A DNA stretch of 64,000 nt from Lama guanicoe (lineage: Eukaryota), in contig MU053379.1 in NCBI GenBank assembly GCA_013239625.1, positions 4,173,229 through 4,237,228 of the forward strand. Direction: 5' to 3'. A model generated the notes under the pieces. The model was not told the DNA's origin, ran no database searches, and was given only the letters and a program-made list of their open reading frames with translations. How positions within the stretch are numbered: the first letter of the stretch is position 1; every line of letters begins with the position of its first letter. A program made the position numbers and the translations under genes. Shown here piece by piece: positions 12,206-24,500 of this stretch.

Positions 12206-14189
12206 ATCACGCTAGTAATTGCTTCAAAAACATTCCAAATCCTGGCTCACTTCTTGGTGTATTCGATCAGAAAGTGCTGACTTCAGCGGCCAGGGAGGCC
12301 TCCTGCCGCCGCGGTCCTGTAGGAGACCCTGCCCTCTGGGGTCGTGTGCGACGTCGCCCGTGCACCCTCTCTCCCCCTGGCGATGTGAGAGGGGGCCCTG
12401 CTGCCCGCCGTCCTGCTCGGCCTCGCACTCCCCGTGCCTCCCTTCCTGCCATCCCCAGGGGCTCCGACCCTGGTTCCCTGGTCTGCTCCTCCAGGGCTTC
12501 CATCCCAGGTTCGGTCCCTCTGCTGGGCTCTTCATCTCAGCCGCTGCCATCTGTCAGCGGCCGTGGGCGCCTGTTCTGTGTCTCCGGGTCTCTCTGAGGA
12601 CGTTTACTAAGGTTCCCTTCATTCACACCCTGCCTGACCTACCAGTGCTGCCCTCAGCGTCTCGGGGCCGCGGCCGCTAGTGTAGACGGCTCGGCTATTG
12701 AGCCTGCTCCTGGGGAATCTTTTCCTTGTAAGCTCACGCGCCCTGGGGACTGCCAGCTGCCCTGGTTGGTCAGGTGTCCCTAGAAGGAGGAGCCAAGGCC
12801 CAGCCCGGGCCCCCCGCACCCCCGGGGAGGACACTAGTGGGGGTGGAGTGCGGGGAAGGACCCCCGAGTGACCGGCCCCCATGCCAGGTGATGGGCCCCG
12901 CCGGAGGGCTGCTGGAGCCTGGCCCCTTTCCACGGCCGCCTCCTTTGAAATCCTCACCCACCTGGTGGAGGAGGGCGTGCTCGGGGCCCGCCAGGGTGCT
13001 GCCTCTGGTTATCAGCCCTGCACCCCAGCTGGTCCCATGCAGTCACGGGGCTGGTAGGCGGCTCCCTGCCAAGATGATGGGGCAAACAGCCCTTGGCTCC
13101 AAGAAATGCCGGGAGAGAAAGGCACATGAGGGGACCCCCAGCCAACCTCCCTCTGCCCCCTGGGGTGCATCTCCCTGACTCACTGTGAGAACCAGCACCC
13201 ATCCCGCTCCCCACGGGTCCCTGGGTCTGGATTTAATAAAAGGCTCCATCTCTGTTTCCCCGGTCCTCCCTCTGACCAGAAAAAGCAAATCTCAGAAAGC
13301 GACTTTAAAGAATTACACGTAAAAGAGTTGACCAGAACCATTTCACTGTTTTCTTTCACCATGAATTTCAACAAATTCTGGAAACTTCAGTCAGATTCAG
13401 AGACCTTTCCCAAGCTCATTAGTGAGGTGGGGAGAATAACGGAACCTTGCCCCCTGGGCTTGGGGAGAGTCAGGTAACGCCCTGCTGGGCCCAGCACCTA
13501 GTAAGTGTTCACGGATCAGGAAGAGGGCCCACCCTGAGCCCCCTGGGCCCCCACTCCTTTGGCCACGCTGACCTGCTGAGACGATTAAATGCCTAGCATC
13601 ATGCCCAGCTGGATAAATGCTCCCTGAAAAAATCCCCAGGTAATCAGCATATCAAGCTCTTAAAGCCACCACAACACGTGACCGCTCCCAGCCGCACTCT
13701 GCTGCTCAGGGTTTGGCGACAAGCAGTACGCAGGGCAGAGCCTTATAATCGCCTGGCCCAGGGCTTTCTACCAACCTTCTCCAGGCTCATCCCAGCCGTC
13801 CTTCATCTATGAGGTGTGCACACACCTGCCAGCGGGGAGGAGGGGGTCAGGGGAGCCCCTTCTCCTCACACGTCCCCTCTCAACTCTAGAAACAGGGCGT
13901 CTGACCTTGACCATCGCGTTCTTATGCAAAAATAATAAAGGAGTCTCAACCTTGCAGACCTCAGTGGTAGATCCAACGGCATCAAGTTTACCTCGGTGCT
14001 TAGATGTGCCTGGGAACTAAGAGTCAGGCTGACGAGTCATTCATAGGATTTAGGATGGCCGCCCTAAAACGTAACTCGTTCACAGCACTAGAACTTGGGG
14101 TACATTTCCAGTCGTGCGTTTATCACAGAGACAAGCAAACAAAATCGGTCTTTCAGACTAGACTGTTTCCTGCCTTGGGGACTGTTCAG

Positions 14190-14432
14190 ACTCAGTGTCC
14201 AGTACGGTGGCCGTGAGCCATGTGGCCGTTAAGTCCTGGAGAGCTGGCTGGCCCAGACTGACATGTGCTTTGAGTATCAAATACACGTTCAATTTTGATG
14301 TCTTAATAAGCAAAAAAAAGTGTAAAAATCTACTTAATATGTTTACATTGATGACATGCTGACAATGTTTGGCTATATTAGGTTAAATAAAATATTATTA
14401 AAATTAATTTTTCATCTTTGTTTTTATTTTTT
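14190..14432 (-). mobile_element. MER33 (hAT-Charlie) relic
   Basis: tgtccagtacggtggcc...agccatgtggc...ggttaaataaaatattattaaaattaattt is the reverse complement of the MER33 core. Confidence 0.8.
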
Positions 14433-14483
14433 AGGGTTAGTTATAGTTCTATAATTTCTCTGTGTAATTCACACCATGCTTAT

Positions 14484-14525
14484 CAAATATTACTTGTTAA
14501 TAATATTATTAACAAATATTATTTG
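14484..14525. repeat. 42-bp AT-rich palindrome
   Basis: Perfect 22-bp core ttgttaataatattattaacaa (14494-14515) that extends to 42 bp with 2 mismatched pairs. Confidence 0.9.
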
Positions 14526-14647
14526 TTCAGCTAAAAGGCCATTTTAATGAGGATTTTAACAAGGGACCATGTGTTTGAGGCGGGTCATCTGCAAAGGGTC
14601 CTTAGACACCTAAGATGATACTCAAGTTATTTCAAAGGTACCGTACC

Positions 14648-15085
14648 CATTCACTGATCTACTCACTTGGGAATTCCCCGTGCTGGGCACCGCCAGGCCT
14701 CGGCGGTTCCCTGCTACTGTGAGGTCATCTTCCCAGGAACAGAGGCGGCCAGTAAGCAATATAAACAGAAGTAACTGAATTTTGGTGCACGCTCTAAGCC
14801 GACAGATGCGATGGAAAGAATAAAGACGGGGAAGTGAGGGAAAGTGGGCGCTTGCATTACCACGGTAAATACGGTGTTTTCCTAAAGAAAGTGATACTGG
14901 AGCAACAATGTGCTAACCACGTTCACCACGTGGGTGAGAGGACGCGCTCCAGAAGGACTGGGGGGCGTGGGACCAGAGCTGCGAGAGAAGGCGATAACGT
15001 CGGTGGGCGGGGCATGCAGGAAAACCGGGGACGCCATTGGTGAGTGCTGAGGAGGGGCGGGGCTTAAACCACATTGCGCAGGAAA
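14648..15085 (-). mobile_element. LINE-2 fragment (3' end)
   Basis: cattcact...gtgctgggcac...cctgc...gaaagtgatactggagca: purine-rich reverse L2 3' signature. Confidence 0.65.
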
Positions 15086-15869
15086 TGCAGGAAGACAAAA
15101 GCTCCCTGCCCTGAAGGAGCTCGCAGCAAAGTGGCAAGAAAGACGCTCGCGTGTGAGAATGAGTTCCCTGCACCCAGGCCTGGGGGGAGGGAGAGGGGAT
15201 TCCGCCTCGCTGTCAGGGGCAGGCAAGCCAGGCTTCAGTCAGGCTATTCGGGGAGGTATGAAAATTCATCAGACCAGAAAAAGAAGTGGAAAGACCTTCG
15301 GAGGCCAAGAAACAGCCCGTGCAGGGTCCAGAGCTGACAAAGAAGGTGGATGATGTGGGACTCGCAAGTACAGCGTGGACACTGGGCTGCCTGTGGGAAG
15401 AGGCCCAGCTTGAGAGAGGACTGGAACTGGGCCTGCTCACCAGGATGGGTGCGGAGCCAGGGGCTTGGACCTCCTGCCAGCAGCCGTGAGGGGTCGGAAG
15501 CTTCTGGGCAGGACAGCACAAAGTCAGAGCTGTGTTTGAAGGATGTCCTGTGACCCTATGAAGAGCAGGTTGGAGTGCCGACAAGCCACAGATGGAGAGA
15601 GGAGCTGGGGAGCTATCAGACTTTCCCCAAGTTTCGTGGCGGGTCTTCTCTAGAGAGGCTGGGAAGTAAAGGACGGGCTGATTGGAGAGATTTGGGGGCT
15701 TAATGCTTGAGAGTCAGTGACCCATTGAAATGCGGGCTTTCTTATGTGGAAAATAGAACAAAACACGATCCCCTGCTTTCTAATTTGGGAGCTGTTGGGT
15801 GTTGTTATGAACTGAGACAGGAAAGGCAGAGGGAGAGAAACATGCTCCAAACATGCTGCATTCGGGGTG

Positions 15870-16260
15870 TGTGTTACTTTGGATCTCCCCAGACTATGAA
15901 AGAAGGATTAATTTGTAAGCCATGACCTTGGAAGGTGACCTTGTGAACAATCGGAGAGAAGCTGGAGAACAAGACAGGGCAGAGAAAGGTCTTCTGCCAA
16001 ACTGCAGCCCTGCTGTGTTTGTGGGCTCAGCCCCGCAGGGCCCTCTGGGAGAAGCAAGGAGCAGGCATCAGAATCACTCCACCCAGGGGAGAGGGACCCG
16101 GGCTATTTATTCACCAGTTTCCCCAGAGGCATTGGTTCCCGACTCCCTCAGATGTAGGAGGCCTGAGAAAACCCTCAGGCAGAGAGGAAGGGGCTCCCAG
16201 GAGGAAGTGCTGGGTGCCGTGTGCATGCAGATGGAGAGGCGTGGGTGCATTAAGAACATC
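15870..16260 (-). mobile_element. ERVL-type solo LTR (LTR33/LTR16-like)
   Basis: ggaaggtgacc...agacagggcag...gggctcagcccc...ctctgggaga...cagaatcactccacccagggg...gggctatttattcaccag...cattggtt matches the recalled LTR33/LTR16 reverse consensus. Confidence 0.6.
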
Positions 16261-16657
16261 CCCGAAAGGCGCCCATGCAGGCCGTGGAGAATACAAACAT
16301 GAAGTTCCAGTGAGAGATGATCTAATGCCTCCAGCCTATTTGGCTCTCAGTAGCCTAGGCCTTTTCAAAGTGCTCTCTTTTCCAGATGCCCTTTGCGGTG
16401 AAGACCCTCCATGTGTGCACGTGGGCCCCATCTGCCTGTCCCCCGCCGCAGCGACCCAGGTGAGGCTGCACCGAACTTGTGCACCAGCTCTCCTCCCTCA
16501 GTGGAAGCCCACCTTGCCGGACGAGAAGCCGTGGGATGTTATTCCTACATCTCCTGAGAGGGACATTTTTCCAAGATTTTCTCTCTTAGAGGCAAGTTCA
16601 TTCTATCAGACAAGTGGGTGTCCCTGTGACAGAGTCCAGCTTTCTAAAGAGCAAACA

Positions 16658-17367
16658 TTTTGGTGAGGATTTTAGCATCTGTGTTCATCAGTGATATTGG
16701 TCTGTAATTCTCTTTTTTGGTGGTGTCTTTGCCTGGTTTGGGTATCAGAGTGATGGTGGATTCATAGAATGAGTTTGGGAGTATTCCCTCCTTTTCAGTC
16801 TTCTGGAAGAGTTTGGGAAGGACTGGTATGAGTTCTTCTTTGTATGTTTGGTAGAATTCCCCAGTGAAGCTGTCTGGTCCTGGACTTTTATCTGTAGGGA
16901 GGTTTTTTTTATTGCTATTTCGATTTCATTTCTAGTGATCGGTTTGTTCAAGTGATCGGTTTCTTCTTGGTTCAGTCTTGGTGGACTGTATGTTTCTAGA
17001 AACTTGTCCATCTCCTCTAGGTTGTCCAGTTTGGTTCCATATAGTTTTTCATAATATTCTCATAGGATAGTCTGTATTTCTATGTTGTTTGTTGTAATTT
17101 CTCCATTTTCCTTTCTTATTTTGCTTATTTGTGCTCTCTCTTTTTTCTTCTTTGTGAGTTTGGCCAGAGATTTGTTGATTTTATTTACTTTTTCAAAAAA
17201 TCAGCTTTTGGTTTGATTGATTTTTTCTGTGGTTTTTTTAATCTCTATTTTATTTATTTCCTCCCTGATCTTTATTATTTCCTTTCTTCTGCTGCTTTTT
17301 GGGGGGTTTGGCTCTTCTTTTTCTAAATCTTCTAGCTGGTGGGATAGATTGTTTATTTGAGATGGTT
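16658..17367 (-). mobile_element. LINE-1, inverted 5' segment (ORF2 linker to start of RT, disrupted)
   Basis: Minus-strand peptides SQINNLSHQLEDLEKEE...IREEINKIE and [17 protein letters not shown]. The left end corresponds to the ORF2 DAKIL motif. Confidence 0.93.
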
Positions 17368-18981
17368 CTTCAGAAAATACTACAGAGCCACAGTCATCAA
17401 GACAGCATGGTACTAGTACAAAAACAGACATATGGACCAATGGAACAGAATAGAGAGCCCAGAAACGAACCCACAAACTTTTGGTCAACTCATCTTCGAC
17501 AAAGGAGGCAAGAATATACAATGGAATAAAGACAGTCTCTTCAGCAAATCTTGTTGGGAAAACTGGACAGCAGCATGTAAAGCAATGAAGCCAGAATACT
17601 CACTTACACCACACACAAAAATAAACTCAAAATGGATCAAAGACTTAAACATAAGACAAGATACAATAAACCTCCTAGAAGAAAATAGAGGCAAAACAGT
17701 ATCTCACATACATCTCAAAAATGTTCTCCTAGGCCAGTCTACCCAAGCAATAGAAATAAAAGCAAGAACAAACAAATGGGACCTAATGAAACTTACAAGC
17801 TTCTGCACAGCAAAGGAAACCATAAGTAAAACAAAATGACAACCTACAGAATGGGAGAAAATTTTTGTAGGTGAAACCAGCAAGAATAAATAAATGGGAC
17901 CTAATTAAACTTACAAGCTTCCACACAGCAAAGGAAACCATAAGTAAAACAAAATGACAACCTACGGAATGTGAGAAAATTTTTGCAAATGAAACCAACA
18001 AAGGCTTGATCTCCAGAATATATAAGCCGCTCATACAACTTAATAAGAAAAAAACAAACAACCCAGTCCAAAAATGGGCAGAAGACCTAAACAAGCAATT
18101 CTCCAAGGAAGAAATACAAATGATCAATAGGCACATAAAAAAATGCTCAGTATCACCAATTATCAGAGAAATGCAAATCAAAACTACAATGAGGTATCAC
18201 CTCACACCAGTCAGAATGGCCATCATTCAGAAGTCCACAAATGACAAATGCTGGAGAGGCTGTGGAGAAAAGGGAACTGGTGGGAATGCAGCCACTGTAG
18301 AAAACAGTATGGAGATTCCTCAAAAGACTAGGAATAGACTTACCATATGACCCAGGAATCCTGCTCCTGGGCATATATCCAGAAGGAACCCTACTTCAAA
18401 ATACCTACACCCCGTTGTTCATAGCAGCACTATTTACAATAGCCAAGACATGGAAACAGCCTAAATGTCCATCAACAGTTGACTGGATAAAGAAGATGTG
18501 GTATATTTATACAATGGAATACTATTCACCCATAAAAACTGACAACATAATGCCAATTGCTGCAACATGGATGTTCCTGGAGAATGTCATTCTAAATGAA
18601 TTAAGCCAGAAAGAGAAAGAAAAATACCATATGAGATTGCTCATATGTGGAATCTAAAAAAAAAAAACAAAAAAAACCATAAATACAAAACAGAAACAGA
18701 CTCATAGACGTAGAATACAAACTTGTGGTTTCCAAGAGGGCAGGGGGGTGGGAAGGGACAGACTGGGATTTCAAAATGTAGAATAGACAAACAAGATTAT
18801 ACGGTATAGCACAGGGAAATATATACAGGATCTTATGGTAGCTCACAGCAAAAAAAAATGTGACAATGAATATATGCATGTTCATGTATAAGTGAGAAAT
18901 TGTGCTCTTCACTGGAATTTGACACAACATTGTAAAATGACTATAACTCAAGAAAAAATGTTAAATAATAAATAAATAAAT
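17368..18981 (+). mobile_element. LINE-1, sense 3' segment (ORF2 C-terminus, 3'UTR, A-tail), disrupted
   Basis: ORF2 peptides DQWNRIESPE...[25 protein letters not shown] and MFIAALFTIAKTWKQPKCPS; G-rich 3'UTR tract; (TAAA)n tail. TSD AAAGAG(C/T)AAACA at 16646-16657 and 18982-18993. Confidence 0.95.
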
Positions 18982-19079
18982 AAAGAGTAAACAGCAAACT
19001 CCGAAGTGGACCCGTGTCACCACCGTTCCTGAATCTGAGCTGGAATTTTAGCTTTAGAAGAACAGTTACACAGTGGATT

Positions 19080-19200
19080 TAGGGTCAGAAGATTTGCCTT
19101 TAATTCCAGCTCAGCTACTCTGAGCTGGTAAATTCCAAACAAATTTCAACCTCTCTGAGCCTCAGTTTCTCCACTGATAAAGTGAAAGGGTTAGCCTGCA
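19080..19200 (+). mobile_element. MIR SINE
   Basis: aacctctctgagcctcagtttctcc core. Confidence 0.75.
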
Positions 19201-22134
19201 CTCGGATGACTTTTGAGGTACCACCTGTTTAAACATGATTCTCTGATAAATCAGAAACCTACAAGCACATCTTCTATGACACAGTTTGAATGTAGCCCTT
19301 TAAAACACATGTTTTCACAAGGTAGTCATGTTTTAAATACCGTAGATAAAACTAAAAATCAGATAATTGGGGAAATTTGAAAAAAAAAAGGGATTTACTT
19401 CCTCCTTAAAAGAAAAGAAAAAGAAAAGCTACAGAGTTGATTATAGAAAAAAACAAAGCATAATGGAAGTCGGGAACCCGCTGTGTCCTCCATGCGGGGA
19501 CCAGCGGGGCCAGAGGCTGCGAGGAGCACGGAGCTGGGGGACGCTCTCCTGCGTCTTCCGGAGGGCGGCTTCATCCGGCCCTGCCTGTCAGCCGCTGTTC
19601 TGAACAGGAAGCTTTCAAAGCGCCTTAAGCATCCACATTAAGTCCCCGGTCTGTCTTCTGTAGCTGTAAGGTCCCTTCTGTCTAAGAACGAACTTCTAAA
19701 GAGCCTCGGAGCTCTCCGAGATGCCGGGCTAAGTTCAAGTTCCTTCCGTGTCCAGTTCACAGCCGATCCTGGGATGGTTCCTTTGGCCTTGGGCGGTGAG
19801 ACCCACCTCCCTCATTTTTTGGAACTGGAAGGGACAGGGACTGAGAAACAGCCTTGAACACTGAGAAGCCCCCGGGAGTTAGTGCTGAAGGTGTGGTCTG
19901 CTATTGAAGCTCTGGATCATTCTTAACCATCCTGCGATCCAGCTGTGGCCTGGAGGCGTGCAGTGTGGAAGGCCGCCCCCACCCCTGGGGCCCAGGGCAG
20001 GGGCTCGGGTGATGCTCGCCACCCCACCCCGACTCCTCCCAGAGAGCACTTCTCACAGGTAATTCTCTGACCCCGGACTGCCTGTGTCCTGTGAACAGTG
20101 TGCGTTGAGTTTACTGCTGTGGTGACACAGTCGATTTGTTAACATGTAAGACAAATTCTGAAAGGCCAGCAGATGTATGTTTGTTGCTTCCACGTGCCTT
20201 TGCAGAGATTGACCATAAATAAGATATTCTGGGTCCAAAAAAGAAAAACTTCACGTGGACATGGCCAACCACGTGGCCCGAGGTGGGCCCCATCCCCGTC
20301 GTAGCTCACGCCAGCTCAGTCCTTCTCTGACCCTACGCTGAAGACTGTGGCCTTGACCACGACTCCCATCGTTCCGGTTTCCTGAGGAACAGTGACAGAG
20401 GTTTCACGAGCCATCAGCTTCCTAGTGCGCACCAGGTGCCCCTCCTCGGGAGGACCGCAGCATCCTCGGCGCTGAGCAGCCCACGCGAGGACCCCCGCCT
20501 CCAGCCTTGACCGCCGGCCCTGCTGCTCAGGGGGCTCAGGGGCCAGGAGAAGTGGAGATCCGACCAGGAGGCCACGTCCCGGTCCGCACAGGTCTTTCAG
20601 CTAAGCTGGGGTCGCTCCATCTCAGCCCGGGGTGAGATTCCAGACCGGTAAACAAAGAAGATGGAACAGGAAGGTGATGCTTCGATTCCTTGCACTGGGC
20701 CCGAGGGCCGGCAGCGGCCAGGCTGCGCTGGGGCCGACGAAGTGGAACGCCGTCTAGCGACAGAGAGCAGGTTTTAAAAATAACCGTGGGCGAGGGTCTG
20801 GCAGCGGACGCACGGCCCCCGTGTACGGCTCAGGTCGGCGTCCTCCTGCCTCTGACTGGAAGGCAGCTTCCTCTCACCCGCCTCCCCCCTTGGCCCAGAA
20901 GGCGTCTGCCATGCAGGACGCGGTGGCTGCGGTCAGCGTGGTGAGTCAGGGACATATGGTGCCCCGAGCTCTCTGTTTACTCTTGTCCCTGGGAGATTGT
21001 CAGCCGGAGGCACAGGACCAGCCTGGACACCATCTGCCAGCCCCAGCGCAGGCCGCAGGGAGCAGGTCGGCCCTGCATACCGTGATAGCCGGGTGAAGGC
21101 CGGGGGCCGGGGCCCGGGGGCTTGTGAGGCTCCCCCGTCAGATGGTCCCTTCTCCCTGGGCCAGGGGAGCCCTACGTGCTGGGGAGGGAGGCCAGGCCCT
21201 GGGCGGTGCGGTTCTGCTTTGTCCCAGGCTCCTTGAGGCCCGCTTCCCTGCCCCCACGACGCCAGGTGGCTGGCGGCATGCCTCGCCTGGCCGGCCCACG
21301 GCCTCGGAGCTGTCTGAGGGCTGCAGGTGCTCCGCGTTTAGAGCGGGCGCCGTCAGTGGAGATTCTAGACTTTGGCCCCCGCGTCTGCTTGCTTTTCGGC
21401 TCCAGTCTTGAGGTCCTGAGTAACTTCGTCAGCCTCCCTAAGCCTCCCTTCCTTTGCCTGTCGGGTGACAACCCTCAGTGGGCTGTCTCCTGGGTGGACT
21501 CACCCGCGATAACCTGCGTGAAGCCCGAGGGTTAGGAGGAGCGCAGTGAAAGCGGGTCCCCTCCCCCTCCCCTGAACTCCTCCTTTCTTCCCTCTTTGCC
21601 CCTGGAGTCCTTGGTGAGCAGAAACTGTTAGGTTACTTACCTGTAATCCCCACGATGACATCAGATTCTCATCAAAATAATGTTGCTGTCCCATTGGCAT
21701 GTCTGGGCCACAGCAGAAAATGATGTGTTGAGAACAAAGTTGAGGCTGTTGGCTGAAGGAAAGAGGCTGGCAAGTCAGCATGCAGGAGGCAGAGACAGGC
21801 CCCAGGGAGCCTTCCCCGTGAGGAGTAAAACTGCCCCCGACCCCCCGGGTTAGCACTGGGCTGCGGGGAGCCTTCAAGACGCACGCCCCAGACCCCGGCG
21901 TTCCCGGTTCACTTCCTGAGGGGAGGTCCTTTATTCCGTCAGAACTGACCGCACTTCCTAGCCTGCCAGCCCCTGGAGGAGGCCGACGCAGCTGTGGGTT
22001 CCACAACTGACCCCCTTGGGGGTTTTGCATCATTTAACTGAGGACAGTGTGTTAAGTTACAAGTCATGAAGTTCCAAATGACGGAGCTGCCTTCACTGGA
22101 CTCCTACTGGCCGGGCGGGTTTTGTTACAGGATT

Positions 22135-22573
22135 CTTTTGTTGTTGTTTTTGAAGTGCAGTCAGTTACAATGTGTCAGTTTCTGGGGTGCAGCTCCATGT
22201 CCAGGTCATGCAAAAACATACACGTACTCGTTTTCATATTCTTTTTCATTAAAGGTTATTACAAGATATTGAATATAGTTCCCTGGGCTGTACAGAAGGA
22301 ATTTGTTGTTTACCTATTGTTACATATAGTGGCTAACATTTGCAAATCTCAAACTCCCAAATTTACCCCTTCCCACCCCCTTTCCCCAGTAACCACAATC
22401 TTTTTTTTAGATTCCACATATGAGTGATATCATACAGTATTTTTCTTTCTCTTTCTGGCTGACTTCACTTAGAATGATGATCTCCAGGTCCATCCATGTT
22501 GTTGTAAGTGGCATTATTTTATTCATTTTTATCGCTGAGTAGTATTCCATTGTGTACATATACCACATCTTCT
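22135..22573 (-). mobile_element. 5'-truncated LINE-1 (end of ORF2 + 3'UTR)
   Basis: T-rich tail at left; gattccacatatgagtga and gagtagtattccattgtg...ataccacatcttcttt. TSD TTA(C/T)AGGATT at 22125-22134 and 22574-22583. Confidence 0.9.
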
Positions 22574-24044
22574 TTATAGGATTTGTTTTTGTTTCTGAGA
22601 AGAGGATGTTGCCTTAAAGAAAAAAAAAATCTCATCTCAGAATAAGCGTCCCATTGGCAGCCACTCCTGCTGGTTCGTTCAAGCTCCCGGGTGCTGCCCT
22701 CAGCCCAGAACTTCCCCAGGGCCTGTTACAGCATAGCGACAACATCTGGCCAGCTTCCGAGAAATCGATGGGGGCTGGGAGGGTGGACTTTGTCCGCCCG
22801 TGGTGTTCCAATGAATATTTTCAGGCTTAAGGAACTGACTGTCCAAAAATCAAACTCATTGATTTTTCCAAAGGGCAAGGACGAACAGACGGCCCCGCTG
22901 AGGAAGGGCTCCCCCATGGTTCCCTGGAACTCACTCTTTATCTTTTACGTCGAACAGACGCTCTTCTGGAGACGGAAGGGAAAAAACAAAACAAGACAAA
23001 AGTAAGGTTGGCTACTGTGGAGCATGCAGAGGGCATTTTTCTGTCTGCAGACAAAGCTGAGCAGTTCTAGAAAGCTGCCCCCAAGCCTCACACCGTCTCC
23101 TCCAGCTCCCAGGCCCACTGGACCTGCGGGCTGACATCTGGGCTGTGTCCCCACGCCGGCAGAGGACCGCTGTGACCAGGACAGCTCTGTTCGTGCAAGA
23201 TGAGCATGGTTCCAGGGTCCAAAGAGCACGAGGCAGGAGGGGCCCAACTCTGCCGGCCTGGCTTCCCCTGTGCCTGCGAGGTGGGACCCGCGGCGGGTGG
23301 AAGACAATCGCCTTTGGGGCCAGTTTGGGCTCCAGCCCCGGGGGGATCACTTCTAGGATGAGCTGGTCTCTGCCACGATGGTCACAGCTCTCGGTCTTTC
23401 CCAGGCTCAGCTTCTTCATCCATGAAGTGGGGCCCTGAGCGTGTGCTGGGTGCGCAGGCAGCCTGTGAGATCGGGTGAGGGGCCCTCCCGCCTCAGATCG
23501 CCGGGCACTTTGCACATCAGAGGAGGCCCCAGTTCCCACTGCGGTGCCTTCTTGAGCATTGAAGTCTGTTCCCAAGGTGGGAAATGGACCCTGGAGCATC
23601 GAGGCTGCTCAGGAGAAGCCACGGTCCCTGGTGACGATTCGCACCCCAGCCGTGGGCAGGGACTTTTTCCTTGCTGGTCTCAGGCGGGGACGTGGAGAGG
23701 CTGATGTTGGTGGTTACTTTTCCAGAGCGAGCCTCTTGCATCCAGAACCATCCAGATTCTTCCCTCGAGAGAGACAGCCCAGAACACGAGCACAATTACT
23801 TTGGAGGAGGGGTCGAACTGTTCTCTAAATTAGCCCCCTGTCTCACAGACAGAGATAAATTGTGCCTTTAGAAAAGGGGAGGATTCAGTGGAGGTTTGAA
23901 GCCCCTCCACGGCTCTGGGTTGTCCTCGCGTTGGCGTTGCTGGTGGCCGGACTGCGCGTGCCCCTGCGCTCGCGTCCTGAAAACATCCAAATCACCGACA
24001 AGCAGAATCAGGGAGCCGAAAGGCCGTAGAAAACCCATCATTAA

Positions 24045-24271
24045 CAAGCTTGGGAGTTTGAGGTTTACAGATGTTGGCCACTGCGTATACAAATGGATTT
24101 TTTCTAAGTTTCTTCTGTACAGCACAGAGAACTATATTCAATATCTTGTAACAACCTTTAACGAAAAAATATGGAAATGAATATACGTATGTATGTGCAT
24201 GACCACGACATGATGCTGTGCACCAGAAACTGACACATTGTAACTGACTGTACTTCAATTAAAAAAAAAAA
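24045..24271 (+). mobile_element. 5'-truncated LINE-1 3'UTR
   Basis: gtacagcacagagaactatattcaatatcttgtaa...gacacattgtaactgactgtacttcaatt + poly(A). Same family as the 22135 element. Confidence 0.88.
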
Positions 24272-24339
24272 GCGAATAAGCTAATACAGTAAGGGGAGGC
24301 AGTTCTGCAGGAGGGCGGCCCAGCTGAGAGCTTAGCCCT

Positions 24340-24500
24340 GGCATCGCTGCGGTGCCGCTCTTGCTGTGTGGCCCTGGGCAGTCCCCTTAACCTCTCTGGT
24401 TATGCCTTGCCTCATCTACAATTGCACCAAGAACACCTGGCGGCACCTGCCTTGGCTGTATCTTGAGGATGTTGAGGCGCCAGTAAGAAAATAGGCCTGA
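24340..24500 (+). mobile_element. MIR SINE
   Basis: gctgtgtggccctgggcagtccccttaacctctctg...cctcatcta core. Confidence 0.7.

Noticed and set aside
17201..17521. 106-aa chimeric ORF that could look like a novel fusion protein
   Set aside because: It simply reads across the L1 inversion junction.
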